A stretch of 32,000 nucleotides of DNA. Origin: Thermofilum adornatum. Its GTDB lineage: Archaea > Thermoproteota > Thermoprotei > Thermofilales > Thermofilaceae. Under the pieces are notes generated by a model. It did not search any database, was not told the origin of the DNA, and saw nothing but the letters and a program-made list of their open reading frames with translations. Positions 1 through 8,793 of this stretch are shown here, one piece after another. The stretch covers positions 1,620,001-1,652,000 of the forward strand of contig NC_022093.1 in the NCBI RefSeq assembly GCF_000446015.1. The letters are read 5' to 3'. How positions within the stretch are numbered: the stretch's first letter is position 1; the number at the start of each line of letters is the position of its first letter. Both the position numbers and the translations under genes were made by a program.

Positions 1-177
1 AGATATACCGATGCCTTTCCATGTCCCAGTATATGTGACGTATTCCCTGTTCTCGGCTATCTTCCTAGCGCTGTCTAGGTAGCTAGCTATGAGAGGCACC
101 CTTCCGGGGTCGCCTGGCAGGATTACATACTTTGCAACGTCTCCCGGTTTGCATCTAATGTGGTATTGCAGGCTCAC
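1..177 (-). CDS. Nucleoside phosphorylase family protein (PNP/UDP family), N-terminal 59 codons only; the gene continues beyond the window start
   Basis: Not in the ORF track because it runs off the edge. Hand translation of the minus strand from GTG at 177 gives VSLQYHIRCKPGDVAKYVILPGDPGRVPLIASYLDSARKIAENREYVTYTGTWKGIGIS. The LPGDPxR ... REY.TYTG.WKG pattern is the conserved N-terminal region of purine/uridine phosphorylases. Confidence 0.55.
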   Translation of the reverse strand, partial: MSLQYHIRCKPGDVAKYVILPGDPGRVPLIASYLDSARKIAENREYVTYTGTWKGIGIS

Positions 178-235
178 AGCATTTAGACTATTAATAACCC
201 GTTAAAAACTGTACACAAAAAATTATAAATAGAGC

Positions 236-259
236 TTTGTCGAAACATATTTCGACAAA
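236..259. promoter_or_regulatory. Perfect 10-4-10 inverted repeat TTTGTCGAAA-cata-TTTCGACAAA between a TATA-like box and the ECF S-component start codon; candidate operator
   Basis: Read directly. The arms at 236-245 and 250-259 are exact reverse complements. A TATA-like aaaattataaatag lies at about 218-232 and the ATG is at 262. Confidence 0.4.
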
Positions 260-261
260 CC

Positions 262-855
262 ATGAGCCAAGAAATAAAAGAAGTTTCTCCAACAGGAAAA
301 GCAATAATCGCCGTCGTCCTTATACCCACAATTGCTGCCCTAAATTACGTGGGCGGAGTCATTGTTGAAGCCCTAAAGGCTCCAATATGGGGAGATACCT
401 GGGCAACAATACTTGGCACATTTATAGGTGGCTTCTGGGTAGGAGCGGCTGGAGGATTCCTCTACAACATAATAATGGCTCTCACGGTTTGGGGTCTTCC
501 AAGCTGGGTATGGGGCTTTGCAAACGTAGCTATAGCAGCAATCGCTTGGTTCATGATGAAGATGGGATGGACCGATTTAAAGAAGCCGATGACATGGGTC
601 ATGATGATTATCCTCTACGGGCTTGTATATCCCCTATTCACGACAGCTATAAGCATCCTTGTCTTTGGCGGGGGACCCCTTTATAAGCCACTAGCAGCAG
701 CTGTCTATGCTGGTGTGCTGTCCTCGACTGGAAACTTCTGGCTGGCAAACTATGTCCAGAATGCATTCACCGAAATAATTGACAAGCCCATCAGCTTCAT
801 AATCTCTGTGATTATCGCGCAACGCATACCGAAGAGATTCGTCCTTGCCAAATAA
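262..855 (+). CDS. ECF transporter substrate-specific (S) component, substrate unknown
   Basis: 197-aa polytopic membrane protein rich in Gly, Trp and Ile. It sits directly upstream of ecfT and two ecfA genes, and its size and position are typical of a group I ECF S component. Confidence 0.6.
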   Translation: MSQEIKEVSPTGKAIIAVVLIPTIAALNYVGGVIVEALKAPIWGDTWATILGTFIGGFWVGAAGGFLYNIIMALTVWGLPSWVWGFANVAIAAIAWFMMKMGWTDLKKPMTWVMMIILYGLVYPLFTTAISILVFGGGPLYKPLAAAVYAGVLSSTGNFWLANYVQNAFTEIIDKPISFIISVIIAQRIPKRFVLAK

Positions 856-882
856 ACAATAGGGGACACTTCATTAAAATGG

Positions 883-891
883 TTCTTTTTT
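883..891 (+). terminator. Oligo-T tract (ttcttttttg) downstream of the S-component gene; possible archaeal intrinsic terminator or attenuator
   Basis: T-run seen about 30 nt after the stop codon at 853-855. Archaeal termination commonly uses oligo-T tracts. Confidence 0.3.
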
Positions 892-933
892 GTAGTCTAA
901 AACTATAAATGTATGTATGGGTGCTAGACTTCA

Positions 934-1779
934 ATGTCGGTAGGAGTATCACTTCTAAAGAAGACCGCAGTAGAGGCAGAAACCTTTGTCCAGAGGCTTG
1001 ACGGGCGCGTCAAATTCTTGTATTTCCTCTGGGCAACTATAATAGTCTATATTTTCTTCGACCCCATACTCAACCTGATATTCCTAGCCGTCACAATGGC
1101 TCTAGCAGTCTACGCAAAATGCTGGAAACCCATCGCTCTGACACTACTCATTATCGTAGTACCATGGATACTATTCGCGGTTCCAATATTGGCTTTGCCG
1201 CTTGGATTCCCATGGAACAAAACAATAATAGGCTACATCAACATACTTGGAAAGAACTACCCTGTCTACCTTGAGGGCTTGGGGTGGGGCGTCACCTGGC
1301 CCCTCCGCGTCTCAGTAGCAATTTCTACTGCGTTATTGTTCTTCTTGACAACTAACCAGGCCAAACTTGTCGCCACAATGTTCAAAATGAAGTTTCCCTT
1401 CAAGCTCATCTACATGGTGATAGCTACTTTCCAGTTTATTCCTCTCCTAGCTTCGGAAGCCAACACTATAATGCAGGCGCAGATCGCGAGGGGGCTGAGG
1501 ACAGACGTCGGCTTCGTGCAGAAAATAAAAAATTACCTGGCAGTCGTTATTCCGCTAACGCTCAGCGCACTGAACAAGGTACAGATAAGAGCAATAGCCC
1601 TTGAGTCGAGAGGCTTCAGTGCCCCCGTTAAGAAGACCCTCCTCTACGAGGCGAGCTTCACAAAGCTCGACTATGCCTTCCTCATGACAATGCTCCTCGT
1701 CACAGTTTTCCTTGCCTGGGTCTATGTGTATATAGGCTTCTCCCCCTTGGCCCATCTCCCATGGATATGGTCTGGGTGA
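934..1779 (+). CDS. ecfT: ECF transporter transmembrane (T) component, EcfT/CbiQ family
   Basis: 281-aa polytopic protein carrying the two signature Arg-Gly motifs (AQIARGLR and LESRGF). It overlaps the following ATPase gene by 19 nt. Confidence 0.75.
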   Translation: MSVGVSLLKKTAVEAETFVQRLDGRVKFLYFLWATIIVYIFFDPILNLIFLAVTMALAVYAKCWKPIALTLLIIVVPWILFAVPILALPLGFPWNKTIIGYINILGKNYPVYLEGLGWGVTWPLRVSVAISTALLFFLTTNQAKLVATMFKMKFPFKLIYMVIATFQFIPLLASEANTIMQAQIARGLRTDVGFVQKIKNYLAVVIPLTLSALNKVQIRAIALESRGFSAPVKKTLLYEASFTKLDYAFLMTMLLVTVFLAWVYVYIGFSPLAHLPWIWSG

Positions 1780-2636
1780 AGAACATGGAACCAATAATTA
1801 AGGTCGAAAACTTAACATATGCATATCCAACAAGCAAAGACTTTGTTCTCAAAAATATCTCTTTCACAGTCAACAAGGGAGAAGTACTCGCGGTCATCGG
1901 TCCAAACGGGGCTGGAAAATCCACTCTACTAAAGGCTCTAAACGGCCTCGTGCCACACTTTTACGGTGGAAAATACGGCGGCAGGGTTATCGTATCAGGT
2001 TTCGAGGTTTTAAACACACCTATCTCAAAGATGTCGACAAAGGTCGGCTTTGTCTTCCAGGACCCAGAAGACCAGATCTCTGGACTCGCGCTAACCGTTT
2101 GGGAAGAGGTCGCCTTTGGATTGATGATGCTTGGATACCCACGAGAAGAAATAGACAAGAGGGTTAAAGAAGCAATAGACTACGTTGGACTTACTGGTCT
2201 CGAGAAGAGGTCTCCATTTGAGCTTTCAGGAGGACAGATGCAGAGACTAGCAATTGCGACTGTCCTAGCCCTTCGCCCAGAAGTCATAGTGATGGATGAG
2301 CCTACCGCCCAGCTCGACCCACTTGGCAAATACGAGGTTTTAAGCGTAATCGAGAAGCTGACCGAGTCTGGCTCAACTATTGTCCTTGCAGAGCACGAAA
2401 TAGAGGAAGTCGTATACTTTGCAGACAAGATGCTTCTGCTAGACAAGGGTGAAGCCGTAGCCTACGGGGACACCAGAAAAGTTGTTACCATGGTTGAGGA
2501 GCTTAAGAGGCGCGGCGTAGACCCGCCGTCCGTCACAGAGCTGACAAGCCTCTTGAAAGAGAAGACAGGTGTCGATGTGGCTCTCCCCGTCACATTGGAG
2601 GAAGCTGTAAAGATATACTCCGAGCTTTTGAGGTGA
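1761..2636 (+). CDS. ecfA1: ECF transporter ATPase component A
   Basis: Walker A GPNGAGKST, ABC signature LSGGQMQR, Walker B VIVMDEPTAQLD, H-loop AEHE. The true start may be the ATG at 1785 (MEPIIKVENL). Confidence 0.9.
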   Translation: MDMVWVKNMEPIIKVENLTYAYPTSKDFVLKNISFTVNKGEVLAVIGPNGAGKSTLLKALNGLVPHFYGGKYGGRVIVSGFEVLNTPISKMSTKVGFVFQDPEDQISGLALTVWEEVAFGLMMLGYPREEIDKRVKEAIDYVGLTGLEKRSPFELSGGQMQRLAIATVLALRPEVIVMDEPTAQLDPLGKYEVLSVIEKLTESGSTIVLAEHEIEEVVYFADKMLLLDKGEAVAYGDTRKVVTMVEELKRRGVDPPSVTELTSLLKEKTGVDVALPVTLEEAVKIYSELLR

Positions 2637-3469
2637 AAGAAATGAGTGAAATAATACGTGTAGAAGACGTATGGTTCAGATATGAAGGGGCAGACTTCTG
2701 GGCCCTAAAGGGAGTATCTCTAACAATAAAGAAAGGAGAATTACTCGCAATAATCGGCCAGAACGGCGGCGGAAAAACCACACTCGCCAAGAACCTAAAC
2801 GGTCTCTTAAAGCCCACAAAGGGCAGAGTCATGGTTGATGGGCTAGACACAAAGACCACACCAACCTACGAGATTGTCAAGAGAGTTGGATACGTGTTTC
2901 AAAACCCCTCTCACCAGATATTTGAGAGCACTGTGTGGAAAGAAGTAGCCTATGGACCTACAAACCTCGGGCTATCACAGGAAGAGGTAAAGCAGAGGGT
3001 GGAGTGGGCTATAAGCGAAGTGGGACTGCAGGGATACGAGCAATACAACCCATACGACCTAGACTATGGAAAAATGAAGCTACTAACAGTTGCATCAGTC
3101 CTCGCAATGAAGCCACAGGTACTCATACTAGACGAGCCCACAACTGGACAGGACCATGCTGGACGCCACCTGCTATCCAACCTCTCAAAAAAGCTGAACA
3201 GAGAAGGCTTCACGGTCGTGATAATAACCCACGACATGAGGTTCGTAGCTGAGACTGTAAACAGAGTAGTCCTCGTCTCTAACGGCGAGATACTCATGGA
3301 TGGATCTACAAGAGAAGTCCTAAATGCCTTTGACATACTTAAGAAGGCGGCGATAAAGCCGCCCCAAATAGTCCAGCTAGCAAGCGAGCTGAGAAAGAAG
3401 GGCGTAGATATAAACGCTCTGACAGTTGAAGAGGCTCTACAAGAAATCTTAAAGCATTATAAAGGGTAA
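2633..3469 (+). CDS. ecfA2: ECF transporter ATPase component A'
   Basis: Walker A GQNGGGKTT, Walker B VLILDEPTTGQD, H-loop ITHD, degenerate signature motif as is typical of EcfA'. Its start overlaps the ecfA1 stop (GTGA); an alternative ATG lies at 2642. Confidence 0.9.
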   Translation: MKEMSEIIRVEDVWFRYEGADFWALKGVSLTIKKGELLAIIGQNGGGKTTLAKNLNGLLKPTKGRVMVDGLDTKTTPTYEIVKRVGYVFQNPSHQIFESTVWKEVAYGPTNLGLSQEEVKQRVEWAISEVGLQGYEQYNPYDLDYGKMKLLTVASVLAMKPQVLILDEPTTGQDHAGRHLLSNLSKKLNREGFTVVIITHDMRFVAETVNRVVLVSNGEILMDGSTREVLNAFDILKKAAIKPPQIVQLASELRKKGVDINALTVEEALQEILKHYKG

Positions 3470-3544
3470 AAGCCAACCCTATCTAATTTTATTTAAATCT
3501 GAACTTCTGAATTATTTATATATTTCTGTGTCTCACTGTGTTTT

Positions 3545-4711
3545 GTGACTTGGACTTATATGGATAAGACCGAAGCCTTCAGGAAGGATCCATCATACGA
3601 GTTCCTCAACCTGGCAAACAGGTACAAGGATACTGTGAGTTTCGGCATCGGCCAGCCATTCCATCTTCCACCAGGAGAGATATTCTCTGGCATAAAACCG
3701 TCCCAGAAAGATGTGTCAAGCTACTCTCCTGCCCTGGGCCTTCCGGAGCTCCGAGAAAGAATAGCTGATTTTCTAGGCCAAAAATACAAGGCAGACTTGA
3801 AGGCTGGAAACGTGGCTGTAACTGTTGGGGCCACATCTGCCCTATTCATGTCTATGCTTCTATTGGTCAAGGACGAGACCAATGTTTACATTCCAGACCC
3901 GGGATTCCCGATGTATAGGGACGTAGCCTCATTCTTTGGGGGAAGAGTTACATATTGGAGGGCAAACTTCAATGATGACTTCAAGTGGGATTGCCAACTG
4001 GAGGCTATTAATAGCGAAGGCGGAGTCGTTGTCATTAATTTTCCAAATAATCCAACTGGGACAGCTGCATCGAGGGAAATGTTGGAATGCTTGTCTGAGG
4101 CGTCCCGCAGGAAAAGATTCTTCATTGTAAGTGACGAGGTTTACGAGGACTTCGTATATGAGAATAGACACTTTTCAGTGCTGGAGTTTCCTGAGTTGCT
4201 AGAAGGAGCCGTATATATTGGAAGCTTCTCTAAGACGTGGGGTCTCGCCGGATACAGGCTAGGCTACATGGTTGCTAGCGCAGAGCTCATAGAAAAGCTT
4301 GAAAACGTTGCAATAAGCATGTATGGTTCGCCACCGACCTATTCACAGCTACTTGCACTGAAGGCCCTGGATTACGGTCTTGGATGGTTTGAAAAGGTGA
4401 GAGAAATGTATAAGGCTAATAGGGATCTCCTAGTTGAGGGCTTGTCTAGGATTCCAGGCGTCGAAGCGTATAGGCCTGGGGGAGCCTTTTACGTTTTTCC
4501 ACGCATAAGAGAGCTGGCAAAGCGGCTGGGGGCGAGGAATTCCCGGGAGCTGGCCATTATGTTACTGGAACGTGCAGGAGTGATTGCATTGCCTGGGGAC
4601 GCCTACTCAGAAAGTTTAGGAGCATATTACTTAAGGTTCTCATTCTCGCTTCCACGCGAAAAAATATTGGAAGGGCTAAATAGGTTGAAAAAGCTGGCCG
4701 AAGGCATTTAG
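3545..4711 (+). CDS. Class I/II pyridoxal-phosphate aminotransferase (aspartate/aromatic aminotransferase-like)
   Basis: FPNNPTGTA motif, PLP-lysine motif SFSKTWGLAGYRLGY, C-terminal YLRFSF. The start may be the ATG at 3560 (MDKTEAF). Confidence 0.85.
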   Translation: MTWTYMDKTEAFRKDPSYEFLNLANRYKDTVSFGIGQPFHLPPGEIFSGIKPSQKDVSSYSPALGLPELRERIADFLGQKYKADLKAGNVAVTVGATSALFMSMLLLVKDETNVYIPDPGFPMYRDVASFFGGRVTYWRANFNDDFKWDCQLEAINSEGGVVVINFPNNPTGTAASREMLECLSEASRRKRFFIVSDEVYEDFVYENRHFSVLEFPELLEGAVYIGSFSKTWGLAGYRLGYMVASAELIEKLENVAISMYGSPPTYSQLLALKALDYGLGWFEKVREMYKANRDLLVEGLSRIPGVEAYRPGGAFYVFPRIRELAKRLGARNSRELAIMLLERAGVIALPGDAYSESLGAYYLRFSFSLPREKILEGLNRLKKLAEGI

Positions 4712-4726
4712 GCCCTTTTTTCTCCA

Positions 4727-5533
4727 GTGGCTCAGGAAAACTCTTCGCCAGGTACCAAGCAAACTATTTATTCTTTGTATGTCCCTATCCGTGTGTCTAC
4801 AACTGGGATAATTGTCGAGGGACTAGTAAAAAGGTATGGCGGCAAGACAGCGATCAATGGTGTTTCTCTGAGAGTGGAACCAGGAGAAATATATGCGCTT
4901 CTAGGCCCTAACGGGGCCGGCAAGACAACGACACTGAAGACCATAGTGGGTTTACTTAGACCCGACTCTGGCTACGTCCTTATCGACGGGGTAAATGTCC
5001 ACGCTGACCGGGCCAGGGCTCTACGCAACATTGGATATGTCCCCGAAAACCCCGTTGGCTTCGACTACCTCAGGGTCCGAGAGTTCTTCGAGTTTGTGGC
5101 ATCCTTGAGAGGTATACCCAGAGACGTTTTGAGTGAGAGGACAGAAAAGTATCTCCAGCTTTTCCAGCTTGAAAAGTTTGAAGACTCCTTTATGGGAGAG
5201 CTTTCCAAGGGAAATCTCCAAAAAGTCCTAGTTGTATCAGCCCTTCTACATGAGCCCAAAGTTCTAGTCCTCGATGAACCTATGTCAGGCATGGACCCAG
5301 AGTCCCAAATAGCATTTAAGGAGGTCTTGAGGGAGCATGCGGTTAAGGGTGGTACAGTCCTCATATCCAGCCACATGCTAGACACTGTGGAAAGATTTGC
5401 AACTAGGGTCGGCATCATAGCTGATGGCAAGATAATTGCAGAAGGGACACTAGAAGAGCTGAAACGGAAAGTGGAGGCCCGCGGGGACATTACACTTGAA
5501 CAGGTATTCTTGAGAGTCCTTAAGGGGGTCTAG
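4727..5533 (+). CDS. ABC transporter ATP-binding protein (ABC-2/export type)
   Basis: Walker A GPNGAGKTT, signature LSKGNLQK, Walker B VLVLDEPMSGMD, H-loop SSHM. GTG start; a T6 run at 4716-4721 lies just upstream. Confidence 0.85.
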   Translation: MAQENSSPGTKQTIYSLYVPIRVSTTGIIVEGLVKRYGGKTAINGVSLRVEPGEIYALLGPNGAGKTTTLKTIVGLLRPDSGYVLIDGVNVHADRARALRNIGYVPENPVGFDYLRVREFFEFVASLRGIPRDVLSERTEKYLQLFQLEKFEDSFMGELSKGNLQKVLVVSALLHEPKVLVLDEPMSGMDPESQIAFKEVLREHAVKGGTVLISSHMLDTVERFATRVGIIADGKIIAEGTLEELKRKVEARGDITLEQVFLRVLKGV

Positions 5534-5534
5534 A

Positions 5535-7091
5535 GTGATAAAAGCTCTAGCAATATCCAAGTATCTCACCCTAAATACTCTGAGCATTCTGCGGGCCGGT
5601 AAAGCTAAAATAGCGCTAATATTTTTAGGAGCCTTGATAATCTCTTTATACCTTTTCGTTGTTTCCCTCACAATTGTCAACCCCTACGTCTGGCAAAACG
5701 CGAGAAAAAGCGTAGCCCTTCCTGGACTCAACAAGGAAAACGTTACAGAGACCCTTGCAGTCTTCCAGACCCTCACATTCATTGCTATAGCCATGCTCCC
5801 CAGGCGTGACATAACAGTCTCAGAGCAGGCCGAGTACGAGGTCCTACTAACAATGCCTGTAACCATGCAGGAATACATGCTCGGGCGCTCACTCCACCTA
5901 ATCACACAGTCAGTCCTTGTACAGTCAGTGTTCCTAGTGCCGGGAGCCTTCTATGCGGCGGCTTTTTCGGCTGGAAACACAGTCAAAGTTTTACTTTTCC
6001 CTCTAGCGCTTGTCCTCTGGATCACTTTCTCAGAGGCGTTCGAAGGCCTAATCAGCTACGTCAAAGTTGCGACGCAAAGAGAGAAAGAAATTAGGCTCTT
6101 TGCACTTCTGTATTTATTAACAGCGGGAGCCGAATATTTGTTCACAGGGAAGACTCCTATACTTTTAAAGGCCCCAACACTGCTAGCTGTACAGCCGCTT
6201 GTCCACTGCTTCACCATCAAAGAGCCTGCAAGCCTAGTCTTGCTTGAGACCATGCTTCTCGGAATTTTTGTCCTAACTCTAATAACTCTCCAGTACCTCG
6301 TGTCCTCCTACATTTATCCAGAAAAAGTAAAACCATTCTCAGCGAGGACACTTACTATCCGTTTAGGGATACGGCTACTAGACCTAGGCTTTTACTCTGA
6401 AAGACCCGAGGTAAGCATCTTGAAAGTGTCCCTGCTTAGACCCCTCCTCGGTATCCAGGGGCTCATACTGTTTGCGGGACTCATTGTTTCTTATGTTGCT
6501 GGGATAGTTGTGAAGAGGCTTTTCCCCCTGCTTGACCCGTACTCACTCGTAACTTTTGCTGTAATATTCATTTTAATGGTTATCATTATCGAGCTCCAGC
6601 TATCTATACAGGAAGACCTCTCCCCCATATGGCTCTACAGGGTAAGCATGCCAAACCTCAAGCCGCTGGCAAGGGTGGCTGTAGCAAAGATCTCCCTCTA
6701 CACACTAGTATCTTTCCTTGCAGGCGGGCTCTTCCTCTTCAGCGTAACTGGCGAATATGTGTCACTATTTTTGCCATTGTTCTCGCTCCCAATGACCGTT
6801 CTCAACGCGGTTTTCACACTTGGCTCGGTAGCACTAGTCATGACTAGGAGGAGAATTGTCAGGTTCTCTTCTAGGGGCTTCTACCTAGTTGAAGACGTGC
6901 TTGCCCTCATCACCCTGGCTATTTCTATGTCTCTTTCAAGCCTAAGCGTCGCCCTTTTCCAGATGGTGTCCAGCTATCCCAGCCAGCTAATTCTCTTGAC
7001 TGCTGTGAGCCTCCCCATCTCACTCATCATCTACTTTATCGGAGCCGACATAATTGGAGACATGCTTACCACTAGGGACGTTGCCTCGTAA
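5535..7091 (+). CDS. Polytopic membrane protein, probable permease partner of the preceding ABC ATPase
   Basis: 518 aa with many hydrophobic segments. It starts 1 nt after the ATPase stop codon. No family-specific motif recognised. Confidence 0.55.
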   Translation: MIKALAISKYLTLNTLSILRAGKAKIALIFLGALIISLYLFVVSLTIVNPYVWQNARKSVALPGLNKENVTETLAVFQTLTFIAIAMLPRRDITVSEQAEYEVLLTMPVTMQEYMLGRSLHLITQSVLVQSVFLVPGAFYAAAFSAGNTVKVLLFPLALVLWITFSEAFEGLISYVKVATQREKEIRLFALLYLLTAGAEYLFTGKTPILLKAPTLLAVQPLVHCFTIKEPASLVLLETMLLGIFVLTLITLQYLVSSYIYPEKVKPFSARTLTIRLGIRLLDLGFYSERPEVSILKVSLLRPLLGIQGLILFAGLIVSYVAGIVVKRLFPLLDPYSLVTFAVIFILMVIIIELQLSIQEDLSPIWLYRVSMPNLKPLARVAVAKISLYTLVSFLAGGLFLFSVTGEYVSLFLPLFSLPMTVLNAVFTLGSVALVMTRRRIVRFSSRGFYLVEDVLALITLAISMSLSSLSVALFQMVSSYPSQLILLTAVSLPISLIIYFIGADIIGDMLTTRDVAS

Positions 7092-7138
7092 AGCAACACT
7101 TAAATTAAAACGGTTTTCTTAAGCCGAAAGGATGACTC

Positions 7139-7834
7139 ATGGCTATAAACGTTGTCGTTGCCCCAACATACCTCTACGTAAGGAGCCGGGCCCCAGAAAA
7201 CGATCCACCCATAAGACTTGCATTTGGAAAAGCACTTGACAGGGCAATCTCAAAGTACAACTACTATTCCATGCATACAACCAGGTCGCTACTCGGGAAA
7301 GCCCAGAGATGCGCAATGGCAGTGCTTAGGAACGAGCTAAAAAACATGGAAGTAGAAGTTTCAGGAGAAGAGCTAAAAGAACAGGCTAGGAAGATGTGGC
7401 GCATGCTGGCCGCGTGGTACAAGAGCCCCTACGTGAGATACCTCAGGCCCAAGACCCACGTAATAATAATGAGGAGCGGTGACTTCATCGGAGCACTATA
7501 CGCACAGCCAGACTTCGAAGACAACGTAGGACAGTTCTACGAGGTAAAAAGCTTCGACATAGAAAAAGAGCCGAAGAAACACGTCCAGGTACAGGCGGGG
7601 GTATTCTCTCTTCTTGGACCCCTATTCCTTGTCTATTTCTCAGAGCAAGACGGGTACTACACTGTCAAGCAAAAATTCGTCCCAGGAGACCCCCAAATCC
7701 TCGACGACGTTGTAGATTTCCTCAAATCTAGGCCGGAGGGCTCAGAGACCCAGCCTTTAGAAAGGCTCCTTAGGAGTTTTCCCTCGAGAATATATGTAAA
7801 AGAAAACGATTGGAAAAGAGCAAAGAAGATATGA
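7139..7834 (+). CDS. Hypothetical protein with a possible PD-(D/E)xK (Cas4/RecB-like) nuclease core
   Basis: The string AQPDFEDNVGQFYEVKSF...HVQVQAGVF fits the D ... ExK ... QxxxY-like order of PD-(D/E)xK nucleases. This rests on motif recognition only. Confidence 0.4.
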   Translation: MAINVVVAPTYLYVRSRAPENDPPIRLAFGKALDRAISKYNYYSMHTTRSLLGKAQRCAMAVLRNELKNMEVEVSGEELKEQARKMWRMLAAWYKSPYVRYLRPKTHVIIMRSGDFIGALYAQPDFEDNVGQFYEVKSFDIEKEPKKHVQVQAGVFSLLGPLFLVYFSEQDGYYTVKQKFVPGDPQILDDVVDFLKSRPEGSETQPLERLLRSFPSRIYVKENDWKRAKKI

Positions 7835-7917
7835 GTATGTATCAGTGCTTTCGCTTATAGACCTCTAGAATACAAAGGATTTATTAACATAGCAAAGGAT
7901 TATCTTTTCAAGGACAG

Positions 7918-8293
7918 ATGGTCGCGCTGAGCATTAGGTTCTACAACGAGATGGTGGAGAGAGCAAAACACTTCTACCGGATTAGCGACAACGACGCGTC
8001 TACAGGACGATACGACATCGCGCTTTTCCACCTCGAGCAGGCTGTCCAGCTAGCATTAAAGGCATACCTTCTAAGAACAATAGGAGACTTTCCAAGGACT
8101 CACTCGATAAAAGACTTAGTTGAGCTGAGCGGAAACGAATCTTTCCGACGAGAAATGGTACATCATCGACATACTTGAAGACGCGTACACAGGGGCAAGG
8201 TACTTTTTACGTAGTTATGGCGAGAAAGAATACGTAGAGGCGAAAAGGTTCGTAGAGGGAGTCTTTCAATGTATAGGCATATCGAGTATTTGA
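7918..8293 (+). pseudogene. HEPN-domain protein (toxin partner of the downstream MNT) split by a frameshift near 8129-8141
   Basis: The frame-1 ORF 7918-8178 encodes the HEPN N-terminal part (ALFHLEQAVQLALKAYLL...FPRTHSIKDLVEL) and then reads into nonsense. The shifted frame from about 8141 to the stop at 8291-8293 encodes the canonical HEPN C-terminus (LSDEKWYIIDILEDAYTGARYFLRSYGEKEYVEAKRFVEGVFQCIG). Confidence 0.65.
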
Positions 8294-8589
8294 AGAAGAC
8301 AAGAAAAGACCTAGAAGAAAACCTCGAGAAATATCTCTCAGACCTCAAAAGCCTTGCAGAGAAACATGGCGGCAAAGCATACATCTTCGGCTCCTACCTT
8401 CGGGGAGAAAACATAGCCGCAAGCGATATAGACGTTCTCATCGAGATACCAGACAACCTCGACAGACTCAGCGTGCTACACGAGGCCAGAAAGCTTGCAC
8501 CAAACACAAGAATAGAGATCCACGTACTAACCAAGAAAGACGCAGAAATATTCAAACAACTCATAAAGGAATACAAAGAAATAGTTTAA
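8269..8589 (+). CDS. Minimal nucleotidyltransferase (MNT), antitoxin partner of HEPN
   Basis: The classical motif AYIFGSYLRGENIAASDIDVLIEIP (GS...G...SDIDxL). 106 aa. Overlaps the reconstructed HEPN end by 25 nt. Confidence 0.85.
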   Translation: MYRHIEYLKKTRKDLEENLEKYLSDLKSLAEKHGGKAYIFGSYLRGENIAASDIDVLIEIPDNLDRLSVLHEARKLAPNTRIEIHVLTKKDAEIFKQLIKEYKEIV

Positions 8590-8640
8590 CTTGTCTCTAC
8601 GAGAAAAAAGTTATATTGCCCCCTTTTATGTAGTTACTCA

Positions 8641-8700
8641 CAGCGATGATGATTGAACTCCCCGTATGAACTGGTGATGAGGTTTCTGGTCACTGAGAAA
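8641..8700 (+). ncRNA. Candidate archaeal C/D-box sRNA (2'-O-methylation guide)
   Basis: C box ATGATGA at 8646-8652, degenerate D' (ATGA, 8666-8669), C' GTGATGA at 8674-8680, exactly 12 nt of guide (8681-8692), then D box CTGA at 8693-8696. It is intergenic, with a TATA-like aaaagttatatt about 20-25 nt upstream. Confidence 0.55.
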
Positions 8701-8750
8701 AGCTCAAGGTTTCATGCGATTTGCGGCTGACTTTAGCTACAATAATACTT

Positions 8751-8783
8751 GTTTAACGTTAAACTTATTAGGAAAAGTTTAAC
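8751..8783. promoter_or_regulatory. 14-bp perfect palindrome GTTTAACGTTAAAC plus an extra GTTTAAC half-site just upstream of vapB; candidate VapBC auto-operator
   Basis: Palindrome at 8751-8764 and half-site at 8777-8783, read directly. The GTG start of vapB is at 8794. Confidence 0.4.
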
Positions 8784-8793
8784 ATATTAATTT

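Noticed and set aside
387-686. Alternative-frame or antisense ORFs within the housekeeping block, including 1555-1924, 1961-2446, 2590-2859, 2935-3336, 3606-4171, 5021-5680, 5684-6253 and 6629-6847
   Set aside because: All are nested in ECF, aminotransferase or ABC genes that have clear signatures, and none has a motif of its own.
8163-8384. Minus-strand ORFs 8163-8384 and 8394-8576 opposite the HEPN/MNT genes
   Set aside because: They are antisense shadows. The plus strand carries the HEPN C-terminal and MNT GS...SDIDxL motifs.
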